Shown: in pieces, positions 1 through 10,136 of the stretch
Numbering within the stretch: position 1 is the stretch's first letter
Layout: every line of letters begins with the position of its first letter
Assembly: GCA_963751275.1 (NCBI GenBank)
Contig: CAVVTZ010000002.1
Location: 1 to 64,000 of the forward strand
Length of the DNA: 64,000 bases
Source of the DNA: an uncultured Gemmatimonadaceae bacterium
GTDB taxonomy: Bacteria; Gemmatimonadota; Gemmatimonadetes; Gemmatimonadales; Gemmatimonadaceae
Direction of reading: 5' to 3'
Translations under genes and position numbers: made by a program
Notes under the pieces: model-generated
What the model was told of the DNA's origin: nothing
The model's input: the letters and a program-made list of their open reading frames with translations, nothing else
Database searches by the model: none

Positions 1-3000
1 CAGACATGGCCGGTGCGGCAGGAGCGGCCGGCGGTTTTACCCCGTGTGGCGATGCGTCGTGGGGCGTAATATTTATTGGTGCGGCGGGAGCTGGTCGCAT
101 GGGTTTGTGGTTGCGGGCCAGGTCGTAATCGATAATTTTGGCCGCGTCCACCATTACCTTGGGCTCGCCGGTGAGGCGGCCTTCGCGGTCGCGGGCCGAG
201 ATCTTGCCGGGCGGCAGATGATATTGTCGGGCTCGTAGACCTGCAGGCGATTTCTCGTAGGCCTTCGGGAAGACGATGAGCTCGGTGGGGCCGGTCTTGT
301 CCTCGAGGCCGACAAAGGCCATCATGGCGCCCGACTTGGTGGTGATCTTGCGCACGGTTGTTACGAGCCCGCCGACCCGGACGAGCTTGCCGTCGGCTTC
401 GGGTGTGACCGCGCCGATGGGCTGGCAGGTGTCGGCCAGGTAGGCGCGCGTAGTCGTCGAGCGGGTGGTGCGACAGGTAGAGGCCGAGCAATTCGCGCTC
501 CCAGGCCAGCTGCTCGCGGTCAGGGGTGGGCTGGGGCGGGGGGTCCAGGCGCAGGCCGGGCTGGTCTTCGTCGGCACCGAGCGAGCCGAAGATGTCGATT
601 TGGCCGGATAGGGCGTTCTTCTGGGCTTTGGCGGCATAGGAGGTGACCAGGTCGAGGTTGTTAAGCAGAGGCGCCACGGTCGCCCTGCAGTGAGCGCATC
701 GAAGGCGCCGATCTTGGCCAGGGATTCCCAGACCTTTCTTGTTGCACTCGCGGGCGCTGACGCGCTTGGCAAAGTCCTCAATGCTCGTGAACGGCCCGCC
801 CTCGTCGCGCGCGGCCAGTGATGGCCTCGATGGCGCCGGTGCCGACGTTCTTGACGGCCGACAGGCCGAAGCGGATCTTGCCGGTTTCCTTTACGACGGC
901 GAATTCGAGGAAGGACTCATTGACGTCGGGCGGCAGCACGTTGATGCCCATGCGCTGAGCATTCGGCCACCTCGATGGCGATGCGGTCGGTGTTGCCGAA
1001 GTCGAGGTGAGCAGCGCGGCCATGAAGGCGGCCGGGAAGTGGGCCTTGAGGTAGGCGGTCTGGTAGGCGATGAGCCCGTAGCAGGCGGCGTGGGACTTGT
1101 TGAAGCAGTAGGCCGCGAAGTCTTCCAGCGATGAGCCAGAACTCTTCCATGACCTTCGGATCGGCGCCCGACTTTGTCGACCGCGCCGTCGATGAACTTG
1201 GTCTTCATCTTTGGCCATCATAGCCACATTCTTCTTGCCGATGGCCTTACGCAGAGGTGTCGGCTTCACCGCCGGTGAACCCACACACCTCTTTGGAGAT
1301 CTGCATCACCTGTTCCTGGTAGACGAGTACGCCATAGGTGTTTTTGAGGGAGTTCTCCATAGCCGGGTCGCACGTAGGTGATCGGGGTGCGGCCGTGCTT
1401 GCGCTCGATGAAGTCCTCAATCCACTGCATGGGGCCCGGCCGGTAGAGCGCCACCATGGCGATGATGTCGTCGAATACGCTCGGCTTCAGCTCGCGCAGG
1501 TAGCGCTTCATGCCGGCGGATTCCAGCTGGAACACGCCGGTGGTGTCGCCGGCGGCCAGTAGCTTGAAGGTGGCCTCGTCGTCTAGTGGAATGGTGGCGA
1601 GATGTCGATACGATTGGCCGTAGACCTTGCGGATGATGCGCAGGGCGTTGTTGATGATGGTGAGGTTGGATAGACCCAAGAAGTCCATCTTTAGCAGCCC
1701 AAGCTCCTCCACGGACTCATCGAGTACTGGGTGGAGATGCCGCCTTTTTGGGCCCGCTGCAGGGGCGTGTAGTCGACTATCGGCGCGGGCGCGATCACCA
1801 CGGCGGCAGCATGGATGCCGTTGCTGCGGATGGTGCCTTCGAGCCGCATGGCCAGGTCGATGAGGTTCTTGGCGCGGGGATTTCCGGTGTACTCTTGGCC
1901 AGTTCGGGGTCGGCCTTGATGTCGCCCTTGCCCTCTTTGAGCCCCACCGACACAGCCAGCGGCATGTGGCGGCCCTGCACCGGCTGGGGCACGAGCTTGG
2001 CGATACGGTCGACTTCGTCGTACGGGTAGCCGAGCACGCGGCCAGTGTCGCGTACGGCGTTGCGCGCGGCCATGGTGCCGAAGGTGATGATTTGCGCCAC
2101 CCGTTCCTGGCCGTATTTTTCGGTGACGTACTCGATCACCTCGCCGCGGCGGGTGTCCTGGATGTCGATGTCGATATCGGGCATGGAGATGCGGTCTGGG
2201 TTGAGGAAGCGCTCGAACAGCAGGTCGTACTTCATCGGGTCGAGGTCGGTGATGTTCATCGCGTAGGCCACGATGGAGCCGGCGGCCGAGCCGCGCCCCG
2301 GACCAAAGATAATGCCCTGGTTCTTGCCCCAGTTGATGAAGTCGGCGGTGATCAGGAAGTAGCCGTCATAGCCCATCTTGCCGATGACACCCAGCTCGTA
2401 GTCGAGCCGCTCATAGGTGGTTGGCTAGCATCTTGCGGGCCTTGGCCTCGGTGATGTGGGCAATGTCTTCCTTGGGAATCCCGCCATAGCGCCAGGCCAT
2501 GCCCTGCCAGCAGAGGTGGTGCAGATAGGCGCGCTCATCTGCGAAACCTTCGGGCACGTCGAAGGTGGGGATGAGGATGCGGCCCAGATCGATCTCGACG
2601 TTGCAGCGCTCGGCGATCTTGACGGTGTTGGCGACGGCTTCGGGGACGCGGGCGAACCGCTCGGCGATTTCTTCCGGCGAGCTGATGTGCCAGTTCCATT
2701 TCCATGCTCATACGATTGGGGTCGCTCAGCTCTTTGCCGGTCTGGACGCACAGCAGAATTTCGTGGGCCTCCCGCTCGTCGGGCCGGGAATAGTGCGAGT
2801 CGGCCGTGACTACCAGCGGAATGCCGGTCTTCTTGGACAGCTCGATCTTGGCCTCGTTAGCTTTTTTTTGCAGCGGGTACTGGTTTTCGTGCGATTGAAG
2901 CTCGAGAAAGTAATTGCCGCGCCCGAAAGTCTCGCCGTACCAGCGTGCTACAGCCTCGGCTTCGGCCATGTTGCCGTTCTCAATGTGCGTGGCCACCTCG

Positions 3001-3476
3001 CCTCCCGGACAAGCCGATAGCGCGATAAGACCTTCGTGGTACTGCGCCAACAACTCGCGGTCGACGCGCGGCTTGTAGTAGTAGCCGTCGAGCTGGGCGA
3101 TGCTCACCAGCTTCATGAGGTTGTGGTAACCGAGGTCATTTTCGGCCAGCAAAATGAGGTGGAACGGGTTGGCGTCCTGGCGGCCGGCCTTGTCCAGGTG
3201 CCCGCGCGGCGCCACATAGGTCTCCACGCCGATGATGGGCTTGATGTCCATTTTTTTGGCGGCTTTATAAAACTCGATGGCGCCCGATAACGTGCCATGG
3301 TCTGTAAGGGCGATGGCGTCCATGCCAAGCTCTTTGACGCGGTCGAGCATGCCTGGGACTTTTTGCAGGCCGTCCAACAGCGAATAATGGCTGTGGTTGT
3401 GCAAATGCACAAATTTTGGCTTGGTAGCTGCTTTTGTGTCCTCTTTTTGGTCTTGGATTTGGCTGGTTTCGGCCAA
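1..3476 (-). CDS. dnaE: DNA polymerase III alpha subunit; split by several frameshifts; runs off the left edge
   Basis: PHP motifs [15 protein letters not shown] and TDHG (ORF 2535..3476); [10 protein letters not shown] and [10 protein letters not shown] (1795..2376); [10 protein letters not shown] and GVFQLES (1266..1712); [14 protein letters not shown] and [12 protein letters not shown] (778..1284); OB-fold segment near 240-480. The pieces are collinear in different frames. Confidence 0.95.
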
Positions 3477-3551
3477 CGGGTTGCCCTCACACGATACATA
3501 TTCATGCTATCACAGTGGCGGCGACAGGACGCCCTATGATGCGACAACCAA

Positions 3552-3580
3552 TTGTAATAAATGTCAATATGTTGTAGAAT
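3552..3580 (+). promoter_or_regulatory. sigma70-type promoter for the 3611 gene
   Basis: TTGTAA (3552-3557), 17-nt spacer, TAGAAT (3575-3580) in an AT-rich intergenic region. Confidence 0.6.
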
Positions 3581-3610
3581 AATACTGTCCAGTCCGACGA
3601 AAGGTGTCAG

Positions 3611-4045
3611 ATGCAGTATCTAGGTATCACACTCGAAGGCGCGCTGTCGCAACGCCCCCGGCCGGCCCAGGACCTCACCGATGAGAGATTCCTGTCCCTG
3701 TACGAGGAGCCCGACATCGATTCCCAGCGGATTGGTGCCTATGCGACATATAATACCGGCCGGACTCAGTCCCCAAGTGGTTTTTTCCTCGTTCATGAGG
3801 ATCTACCGATGCAGCCCTCCTGGTGGATGCAGCGCGACACACTGTTCAGGGGGCTGGTGCAGCCCATGAGCGAAGGAGCCCTGACCGCCGAGCCGGTCCC
3901 GGGTGCGGAGTTCCAATGGGTGTGCCTGACTTTCGCGGGCACCCGCTACTTCATGGTCTGGAGAGAACTGGCGAAATACCTGCTAGAGCTCTATGACTTC
4001 TTTCCACCCAACGCACAACTGCCCAGATACGCATACCTGAGCTAG
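3611..4045 (+). CDS. hypothetical protein, 144 aa
   Basis: ATG preceded by AAGGTG and a promoter; fills the gap; no family recognised. Confidence 0.65.
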   Translation: MQYLGITLEGALSQRPRPAQDLTDERFLSLYEEPDIDSQRIGAYATYNTGRTQSPSGFFLVHEDLPMQPSWWMQRDTLFRGLVQPMSEGALTAEPVPGAEFQWVCLTFAGTRYFMVWRELAKYLLELYDFFPPNAQLPRYAYLS

Positions 4046-4061
4046 CTGCTGCTCGTAGGGA

Positions 4062-4195
4062 CCGGATCCCATTCCCTTCACATGCCACATGCGACTCGCA
4101 TGACGAGGCAGGCCGGGGATCCGGGGCAGGCCTGGACGGACCATCCGCTTTCGCTCACGCGAAGGCCCGACGACGCCCTCCATTAGTGAGGGCGT
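4062..4195. other. structured intergenic region with nested stems and a terminal hairpin
   Basis: CCGGATCCC 4062-4070 / GGGATCCGG 4116-4124 encloses CATGCG 4088-4093 / CGCATG 4097-4102; ACGCCCTC 4173-4180 / GAGGGCGT 4188-4195. Confidence 0.4.
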
Positions 4196-4209
4196 TCCGC
4201 TGCATTAAC

Positions 4210-4524
4210 CTATTTCATTGAATTCGTGCTGCTGTGGCCCTCGATGGACTGGCCGAGTTGGGTAAAGAGGTGACCCACCACCGGCAAGCCCCCGAGCAGG
4301 GCCAGTACGCCTACGAGCACGGCAATCCCGAGGGTGGCGCCGATGACGCCGCCGATGCCGGCAAACAGACCCCGCACAAACGAGCTCCAGATCTGGCGCT
4401 TGGTGCTGTGTAATATGTAAATGTAATCAAGAATGAGGGCGTCTTCTACGGCTTTTCCTAGCTGCTCGTAGTTGACGCCGCTCTTTTTTTTGTCGGGTGT
4501 ATCAGGCCTTTCTTGATGGATCAT
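4210..4524 (-). CDS. small membrane protein, DUF5665-like
   Basis: FVRGLFAGIGGVIGATLGIAVL hydrophobic segment; same strand as the neighbouring cluster. Confidence 0.7.
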   Translation of the reverse strand: MIHQERPDTPDKKKSGVNYEQLGKAVEDALILDYIYILHSTKRQIWSSFVRGLFAGIGGVIGATLGIAVLVGVLALLGGLPVVGHLFTQLGQSIEGHSSTNSMK

Positions 4525-4555
4525 CGTGGTCTGCGTTTACCTGGGTCTTGATTTG

Positions 4556-5062
4556 TTAATTTTCGCCGTTTTCGCCGTCGCCGGTGGTAGCCATCTTTGA
4601 CTTAGCCGAGACTGCCAGGTGCTTGGTGACGCGCTCAAGTTCGCTCATGACGCCGGCGCCTTCGTTGAGCAGTTGCTTCACTTGCTTAATGGCCACGTCC
4701 TTGGTCTGGTTGCCGCTGGCGGCTAGGCTGTTGGCTGAGACGCGCAAGTCCTGTTTGAGCACCTCGGCCCGGCGGATCAGTTCCTGGCTCTCCTCGCGGG
4801 CCTCACCTTTGAGGTCCTTGGCGGCTTCGCGCAGGTCGTTTACACGTCCGGTCATCTCATGGTTCATCTTTTCCAGTTGCTTCATGGCGTCCTGGTACGT
4901 GCCTTTGGCCTTGCGGCCGATGTCGGCCCGGGTCTCTTTGCCGCTCTTGGGCGCCAACAGCACCCCGGCCACCGCACCCAGGATGGCTCCCACTACCGTG
5001 CCTTTCCAAAATGTTGATCGCTTCATAGCCTCGATTCTCCTTTCTTCACTACGTCTACTCAT
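4556..5062 (-). CDS. YtxH-domain protein
   Basis: GAILGAVAGVLLAPKSGKETR signature followed by coiled coil. Confidence 0.85.
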   Translation of the reverse strand: MSRRSEERRIEAMKRSTFWKGTVVGAILGAVAGVLLAPKSGKETRADIGRKAKGTYQDAMKQLEKMNHEMTGRVNDLREAAKDLKGEAREESQELIRRAEVLKQDLRVSANSLAASGNQTKDVAIKQVKQLLNEGAGVMSELERVTKHLAVSAKSKMATTGDGENGEN

Positions 5063-5067
5063 TGCAT

Positions 5068-5316
5068 TTATCCTTTACTTCGCCATCGTCTCATGAGTGC
5101 CGACACTATGCCCGATACGGCCACCGGGGCCACTTTGCGGCCAAGCGAGGCGATCAACTCATTTACATTACTGGTAGCCTCTTCGGCCCGCTCGGAGATT
5201 TTTTGCACGTTCTTCATAATGGCAATCATTATGCTCACCAAAATGATACTTAGCACCAGCAAGGCGGCCATGCCGACGCTTAGGACGATGACGAGAGCGG
5301 TCTCAACTGAATTCAC
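5068..5316 (-). CDS. small membrane protein, DUF948/YoxC-like
   Basis: N-terminal TM helix plus short coiled coil, directly upstream of the YtxH gene. Confidence 0.65.
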   Translation of the reverse strand: MNSVETALVIVLSVGMAALLVLSIILVSIMIAIMKNVQKISERAEEATSNVNELIASLGRKVAPVAVSGIVSALMRRWRSKG

Positions 5317-5387
5317 TGCTTTAGAGTGTCCGTTTCGTTATTTGTTCTAAGTTAACTCATTTATCATACTCAGCGCAATGGCAGGGT

Positions 5388-6041
5388 TTATTGGTCTTTC
5401 TTACGAATGCGGCTGTTTTTGCGCGCTACAGAGGCGCTTTTCTCGGCTGCCGCCACTGCCGCACGGCGGGCCACTTTGGCAGCGCGCTTGAGCGGGGACA
5501 CTTCCGGGCTGCGGCGGATTACCATCCATTCCTTGCGTTCTACCACCGAGTTGGGAATCACGTGCAGCACGCCATTGTCGTCGCGCAGGCGTACCCGGCG
5601 TGAGTCCATGCTTTCGATGACGCCCAAGGTGGGGGTTTCACCGGCGATAATCTCGTCGCCGACGTTAAAGTCTTCGTCGCGGGCCAGAAAGATGCCGGCT
5701 ACCACGTCAGCTACCAGCGTGGAACCGCCCGCGGCCATGGCCAGCCCCAGCGCAGCGATGGAGCCGGTGAAGAAGTAGATGACTCCGCTAAAACCGAGGT
5801 CGTTCATAATAGCAATGCTCAGGAATATCCACAGCCCGGTTTGGATTATGCCGCTCCACACGCCACGCAGGCCCGGGGCCACGTTTAGCAGCCTCATGAT
5901 CAGCCGCGTCAGATGAATTAGGACCTCAATAATAAGAACACCAAGCAGCAAATCAAAGAGCGCCCCGGGCAGCATGTGCGCGATGTCCTGGACCGTCTTG
6001 ACGACGTGGTCGGCGAAGGTGCTATTAAGGGTGAAATTCAT
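5388..6041 (-). CDS. mscS: small-conductance mechanosensitive channel family protein
   Basis: Three TM segments, then ADVVAGIFL..DFNVGDEI and LHVIPNS. Confidence 0.85.
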   Translation of the reverse strand: MNFTLNSTFADHVVKTVQDIAHMLPGALFDLLLGVLIIEVLIHLTRLIMRLLNVAPGLRGVWSGIIQTGLWIFLSIAIMNDLGFSGVIYFFTGSIAALGLAMAAGGSTLVADVVAGIFLARDEDFNVGDEIIAGETPTLGVIESMDSRRVRLRDDNGVLHVIPNSVVERKEWMVIRRSPEVSPLKRAAKVARRAAVAAAEKSASVARKNSRIRKKDQ

Positions 6042-6075
6042 AACGCTTATTGTTATTCTATACTATACTGCAATC

Positions 6076-6624
6076 ATGGAGCATAAGGATTACCCGGTAG
6101 ATATCCTCGATCAGGATGGCCGGGTAGTCGCTCAAAAACCGCGGTACGCAGTCCAGAAGGGGCGCGATATCTATAATGGCGTGCAGGTTTTGATTATCAC
6201 ACCGAGGTCTGAGTTGGTCTTGAGTAATATCCCCGACCGACAGGACCTTCCCAACATCTACCACCGGTTGCTCAGTACTACGGTGGCAGCGATCCGGCGC
6301 AGCAACGAGACGTCTGTGCAGGCAGCCAAACGCGCGTTACGGCGGGAGCTCCTGATAAAGCCGCCCGAGCTGACGCTGCTGGGCGATGAGATGACAAAGC
6401 TGGTGGACGGGCGGCGCGAGCGCGTGTCGGCCTACTATGCAATTGCCGAGCCGCCGACCGAGTTCAGCACTGTCGACATCGAAAAGCTTGCAGGTAATGC
6501 GGGTGCCGAGGTTCCGGGTGATCCTGAAGTCCAACCCGGACCATTTTGCGCCCACGTTACGCAAGATATGGGAACTCTGGGGCAATCAGCTGCCGCTGGA
6601 GTAGGGGCCGGGGCAAAAAGGTAA
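6076..6624 (+). CDS. NUDIX-fold protein with a degenerate Nudix box; probable frameshift near 6490 (true stop probably 6604)
   Basis: VDILDQDGRVV start and NETSVQAAKRALRRELLI; an alternative frame gives NPDHFAPTLRKIWE, a typical IDI-like C-terminus. Confidence 0.65.
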   Translation: MEHKDYPVDILDQDGRVVAQKPRYAVQKGRDIYNGVQVLIITPRSELVLSNIPDRQDLPNIYHRLLSTTVAAIRRSNETSVQAAKRALRRELLIKPPELTLLGDEMTKLVDGRRERVSAYYAIAEPPTEFSTVDIEKLAGNAGAEVPGDPEVQPGPFCAHVTQDMGTLGQSAAAGVGAGAKR

Positions 6625-6635
6625 CCGCTGGCCGG

Positions 6636-7151
6636 TCAAGACAGAAGAGAGTTTTTCCATCTTGTCGCACTGGGTACAAATTTCCCCGGGTTGACTTCTA
6701 GCTCCCGGAGAAGCTCGGTCCTACCGATCCACTGAATTGCTTCAACCTCGTCTTCCTGAATCTTGAACCTCCCGATGGGCCAGTCGACCTTGGCCGTATA
6801 CATCTGGCAAAAATATCGATGGCGGCCGGGGTGATCCATAAACCATTTTTGTCCCAAATCAAACTTGACGCCGGTGAGGCCAATTTCTTCGGCTGCTTCT
6901 TTGTAAATGTTCTGTTCGTAGGTCTCGTTGAATTCATTGGTTCCTGCTACGGCCGGCCCCCATTGACCTGCACCACGGTCTTTATTTCGATGGCGCTGAG
7001 CCAGCAAAACTTGACCTGTCGAATTCGTCAGCCAGAGTGCCGAGACGCGATAGATGCTCTCGTAGGTGCGGTCTTGACGCCACATCGAGCCAATGGGAAC
7101 GTCATGCTCGTCCACAATGATCACTTTTTCTTTGGGGATATTAGCGGTCAA
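6636..7151 (-). CDS. NUDIX hydrolase (IPP-isomerase-like)
   Basis: IIVDEHDVPIG, VLLAQR, AGTNEFNETYEQNIYKEAAEEIGL. Confidence 0.85.
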   Translation of the reverse strand: MTANIPKEKVIIVDEHDVPIGSMWRQDRTYESIYRVSALWLTNSTGQVLLAQRHRNKDRGAGQWGPAVAGTNEFNETYEQNIYKEAAEEIGLTGVKFDLGQKWFMDHPGRHRYFCQMYTAKVDWPIGRFKIQEDEVEAIQWIGRTELLRELEVNPGKFVPSATRWKNSLLS

Positions 7152-8610
7152 GGCGGTCTTTCAGCAGCTTATTAATTAGCGGCGGGTTGCCTTTGCCTTG
7201 GGTGGCTTTCATGCCGGCACCGACCAGGGCGCCGAAGGCCCGGGCATTGCCGGCTTTGTAATCGGCCACGGCTTGCGGGTTGGCTGCGATAACTTCGTCG
7301 ACCACCTTGGCCAGCTCGCCTTCATTGGATTCCTGGATGAGGTTCATGTCGCGTGCAAGTTGATGCGGGTCCCCGGCGCCTCCGTGTACCCACATGTGCC
7401 CGACCAATGTCTTGGCGTTGGTGGAGCTGAGCTTCTCCCAGACGAACCATGGTAGCCACCTCGTCGAGCTCAGCGGCGTCAAAATGCGTTCCCACCTGCG
7501 CCAGGGTTTGGCCGGTTTCTTCTTCCAATTGATGCGCTCTCCGATGAGCCAGTTGAAGACGAAACGCGAGTTTTCCGGCGTGATCTTTCGCGCGTCGTGC
7601 CACCAGGCCGCGGCGTCTGGGTCGCCGATCAAGACCTCGCCTTCCGCCGCCGGCAACTTGGCCTCGGCCACCATGGAACGCAGTTTTGCCGGGTTCAAGT
7701 ACCCTGCCCTGCGCGCCTCCGCCTCGACCATACTCTTGGGGATCACCAGCGGCGGCAGGTCGGGCTCGGGGAAGTAGCGGTACTCGTCGGCGTCTTCTTT
7801 CGATCGCATGGCATAGGTCTTTTGCTTGGCTTCGTTCCAGCCGCGGGTTTCCTGGCGGATCTTCTCCCCTTTTTCGACCGCTTCAACTTGGCGCTTCACC
7901 TCGTACTCAGCGGCGCGCTCGACATTGCGGAAGCTATTGAGGTTTTTGGTCTCGGTGCGGGTGCCGAAGGGCTCGCCGGGCTTGTGGACAGAAACGTTGA
8001 CGTCGAAACGCATGTTGCCGTAGTACAGGTTGGCGTCGGAAGCGCCCGCGTATCGGGCCAGGTTGTAGAGCTCCTGCGCGTAGGCTTTGGCCTCGGCGGC
8101 CGAACGCATGTCGGGCTCGCTCACGATTTCGAGTAACGGGGTCTCAGCGCGGTTGAGGTCCACTAGCGAGTAATCTTTGCCGTCCGGGTGCGTTAATTTG
8201 CCGGCGTCACCTTCGAGATGCGCGCGCGTGATGCCCACGCGCTTGGTCTTACCCTCCACCGGGAACTCGACCCAACCGTTGGGCACGACCGGCTCGTCGA
8301 ATTGCGTAATTTGGTAGCCCTTGGGCAGGTCCGGGTAGAAGTAATTCTTGCGGTCGAACTTGGTATGTAATTTTTCCGGGTAGTCCGCGTTGAGCGCGGC
8401 ACCCAGCCGCAACGCCAGTTCCACGGCATGCTTGTTTAGCACCGGCAGAGCGCCCGGCTGGCCGGTGCAAACTTCGCAGATGTGGGTGTTGGGCGCCGCG
8501 TCGCGCGAATCATTGTCGCAGGCGCAGAACAGCTTGCTCTTGGTGGCCAGCTGCACGTGGGTCTCCAGGCCGATGACGACCTCGTATTTTGCTAACGTTT
8601 CCGGTTTCAT
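7141..8610 (-). CDS. gatB: Asp-tRNA(Asn)/Glu-tRNA(Gln) amidotransferase subunit B
   Basis: YEVVIGLETHVQL, FDRKNYFYPDLPKGYQITQ, RTETKNLNS, YRYFPEPDLPP, C-terminal YqeY-like domain; start MKPETL at 8610. Confidence 0.95.
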   Translation of the reverse strand: MKPETLAKYEVVIGLETHVQLATKSKLFCACDNDSRDAAPNTHICEVCTGQPGALPVLNKHAVELALRLGAALNADYPEKLHTKFDRKNYFYPDLPKGYQITQFDEPVVPNGWVEFPVEGKTKRVGITRAHLEGDAGKLTHPDGKDYSLVDLNRAETPLLEIVSEPDMRSAAEAKAYAQELYNLARYAGASDANLYYGNMRFDVNVSVHKPGEPFGTRTETKNLNSFRNVERAAEYEVKRQVEAVEKGEKIRQETRGWNEAKQKTYAMRSKEDADEYRYFPEPDLPPLVIPKSMVEAEARRAGYLNPAKLRSMVAEAKLPAAEGEVLIGDPDAAAWWHDARKITPENSRFVFNWLIGERINWKKKPAKPWRRWERILTPLSSTRWLPWFVWEKLSSTNAKTLVGHMWVHGGAGDPHQLARDMNLIQESNEGELAKVVDEVIAANPQAVADYKAGNARAFGALVGAGMKATQGKGNPPLINKLLKDRLDR

Positions 8611-9102
8611 GATAGTTCCTTCGCTAGTTTGATCCCTGTGGGCACGGTTTGACGCTTCTCCGCCGAAATGTTTTGTGTCGAAGTAGCCGATTTCGTCCGG
8701 GGTTACCATCACAAATTTCCAAGGAGCAGACGGCCCCAGAAATGCTTCGAGATGGGATGGAATTTCCGGGATTTCCGGTGCCCGCTGATAATAAGTGTGA
8801 TGGACATCCGAGACCTCTTCGTCAGGAAGAATGGCGGCGCGTCCCCTGATTTGCAGCCCCACCACGTTGCCAGCCGGCGTTTGGCCGGTACTAAAAATTG
8901 CTAGCGCTGCCTTTCCGTTGGCCCTGATATTTTGCATGTGCCGGCTCTGAGGCTGGGACATGAAAAGTATGTTCATGTCAGAATCGTAGGCGAAATAGAC
9001 AGCGTGGTTCCACATGCCGTCTTCACCGGTAGTAGCCAGGGCCATAAAAGGTGTGGCCTCGAGGGCGGATTTGAGATTTTTTGGCCAGTCGAAATCACTC
9101 AT
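8607..9102 (-). CDS. pyridoxamine 5'-phosphate oxidase-like FMN-binding protein (fused to gatB in the ORF track, probably by a 1-nt indel)
   Basis: FMALAT..VYFAYD..SRHMQNI..GLQIRGRA; removing one base near 8656 gives ...AKELS* with TGA overlapping the gatB ATG (ATGA). Confidence 0.75.
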
Positions 9103-9119
9103 AGTAGTTCCCTGCTTAG

Positions 9120-10136
9120 TCATCGGTTTTGCATCCAGTCTACCGGCTCGGTGAAGCGGATATAAAAGCCAAATGGATCGACCACGCGGAAGTCGCGTTT
9201 GCCCCAGCGCTTGATTTCGAGCGGTTGGCTGATTTGATCTTTGGGTAGCCGGCTGCCGACACGTTCCCATAGGTCCTCGACATCTTCAACCGGAATTGTC
9301 ACTTCAACGGCATAGCCGCGCGGCGTATCGGCCGGGAACTCGTTGAAGCGAGCGTGCTTGGCTACTGAATCTTTATCGCCGTAAAAGTTGATTTGGGTGC
9401 GGCCGAGCGAGTCTTCCCGTTTAAGCTCAAAGTAACCGAGGTCGCTGACGCCTCCGCCTGAGATCGGGTCGTAATTGATTTCCTCGAATCCGAATTGAGC
9501 GTAGAAGTCTCGTTGCGGACCGAAGCTCGGCACGTGTAATTCCAGCGTGAGGTTATTTCTTACCGGACCCGGGGATTGGAAATAGCTCCACCGAAAGGTC
9601 TTGTAGGGGTCCAATTGCTTGGTGAGCTCATCGCGGGTGCCCTCGGTGAGCGGCTGAGACAGGCTCCTCAGCTCTTCGGGCGTGGTCATTCCTAAGGGCA
9701 AACCATTTTCAGCTGTGTACAGTGACACGTGGACCGGCTGTGCAGGCTGGTGTAAGTTGAGTGCCTTATTTATTTGGCGGAATACCTCACTTATCCCGGT
9801 GACCCGGACCATCACCAGGATTGAGCGCTTGTCTTCGCTTGGCTTGTCTCCTATGCGAACGTCGTTCAAGTACCCCTGGAACTCCGGCTTGACGGTGTTT
9901 ACTGCAGTGAACACCGCGTCAGTCACGACTTTTTGTGCGTCCTCCCCAGAAAGATGGTCGCGCTCAATGATTTGTGGGATCAGTTTCTTGACCGCCACCA
10001 GACTGCAGTTAAATTTCGGCTTAACGATGTATGCGTGCCCATCGATCGATAGCCTGCTCGGAAGCCCTGGTATCATTGGCCGCCATGACAGGACGTAGCC
10101 CTGGGTATATTCGTAGGCAGGATCGAGCTTGGTCAT
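9120..10136 (-). CDS. two-domain protein: N-terminal 2H-phosphoesterase-like domain plus C-terminal VOC/glyoxalase domain
   Basis: FNCSLV and PVHVSLY in the N-half; LELHVP..DFYAQFGFE and WGKRDFRVVDPFGFYIRF in the C-half. Confidence 0.7.
   Translation of the reverse strand: MTKLDPAYEYTQGYVLSWRPMIPGLPSRLSIDGHAYIVKPKFNCSLVAVKKLIPQIIERDHLSGEDAQKVVTDAVFTAVNTVKPEFQGYLNDVRIGDKPSEDKRSILVMVRVTGISEVFRQINKALNLHQPAQPVHVSLYTAENGLPLGMTTPEELRSLSQPLTEGTRDELTKQLDPYKTFRWSYFQSPGPVRNNLTLELHVPSFGPQRDFYAQFGFEEINYDPISGGGVSDLGYFELKREDSLGRTQINFYGDKDSVAKHARFNEFPADTPRGYAVEVTIPVEDVEDLWERVGSRLPKDQISQPLEIKRWGKRDFRVVDPFGFYIRFTEPVDWMQNR

Noticed and set aside
1..3476. Intein, intron or programmed split in dnaE
   Set aside because: The pieces are collinear without extra inserted sequence; breaks are small indels.
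7141..9270. 709-aa PNPO-GatB fusion protein
   Set aside because: Removing one base near 8656 gives a normal stop overlapping the gatB ATG; the region has many indels.
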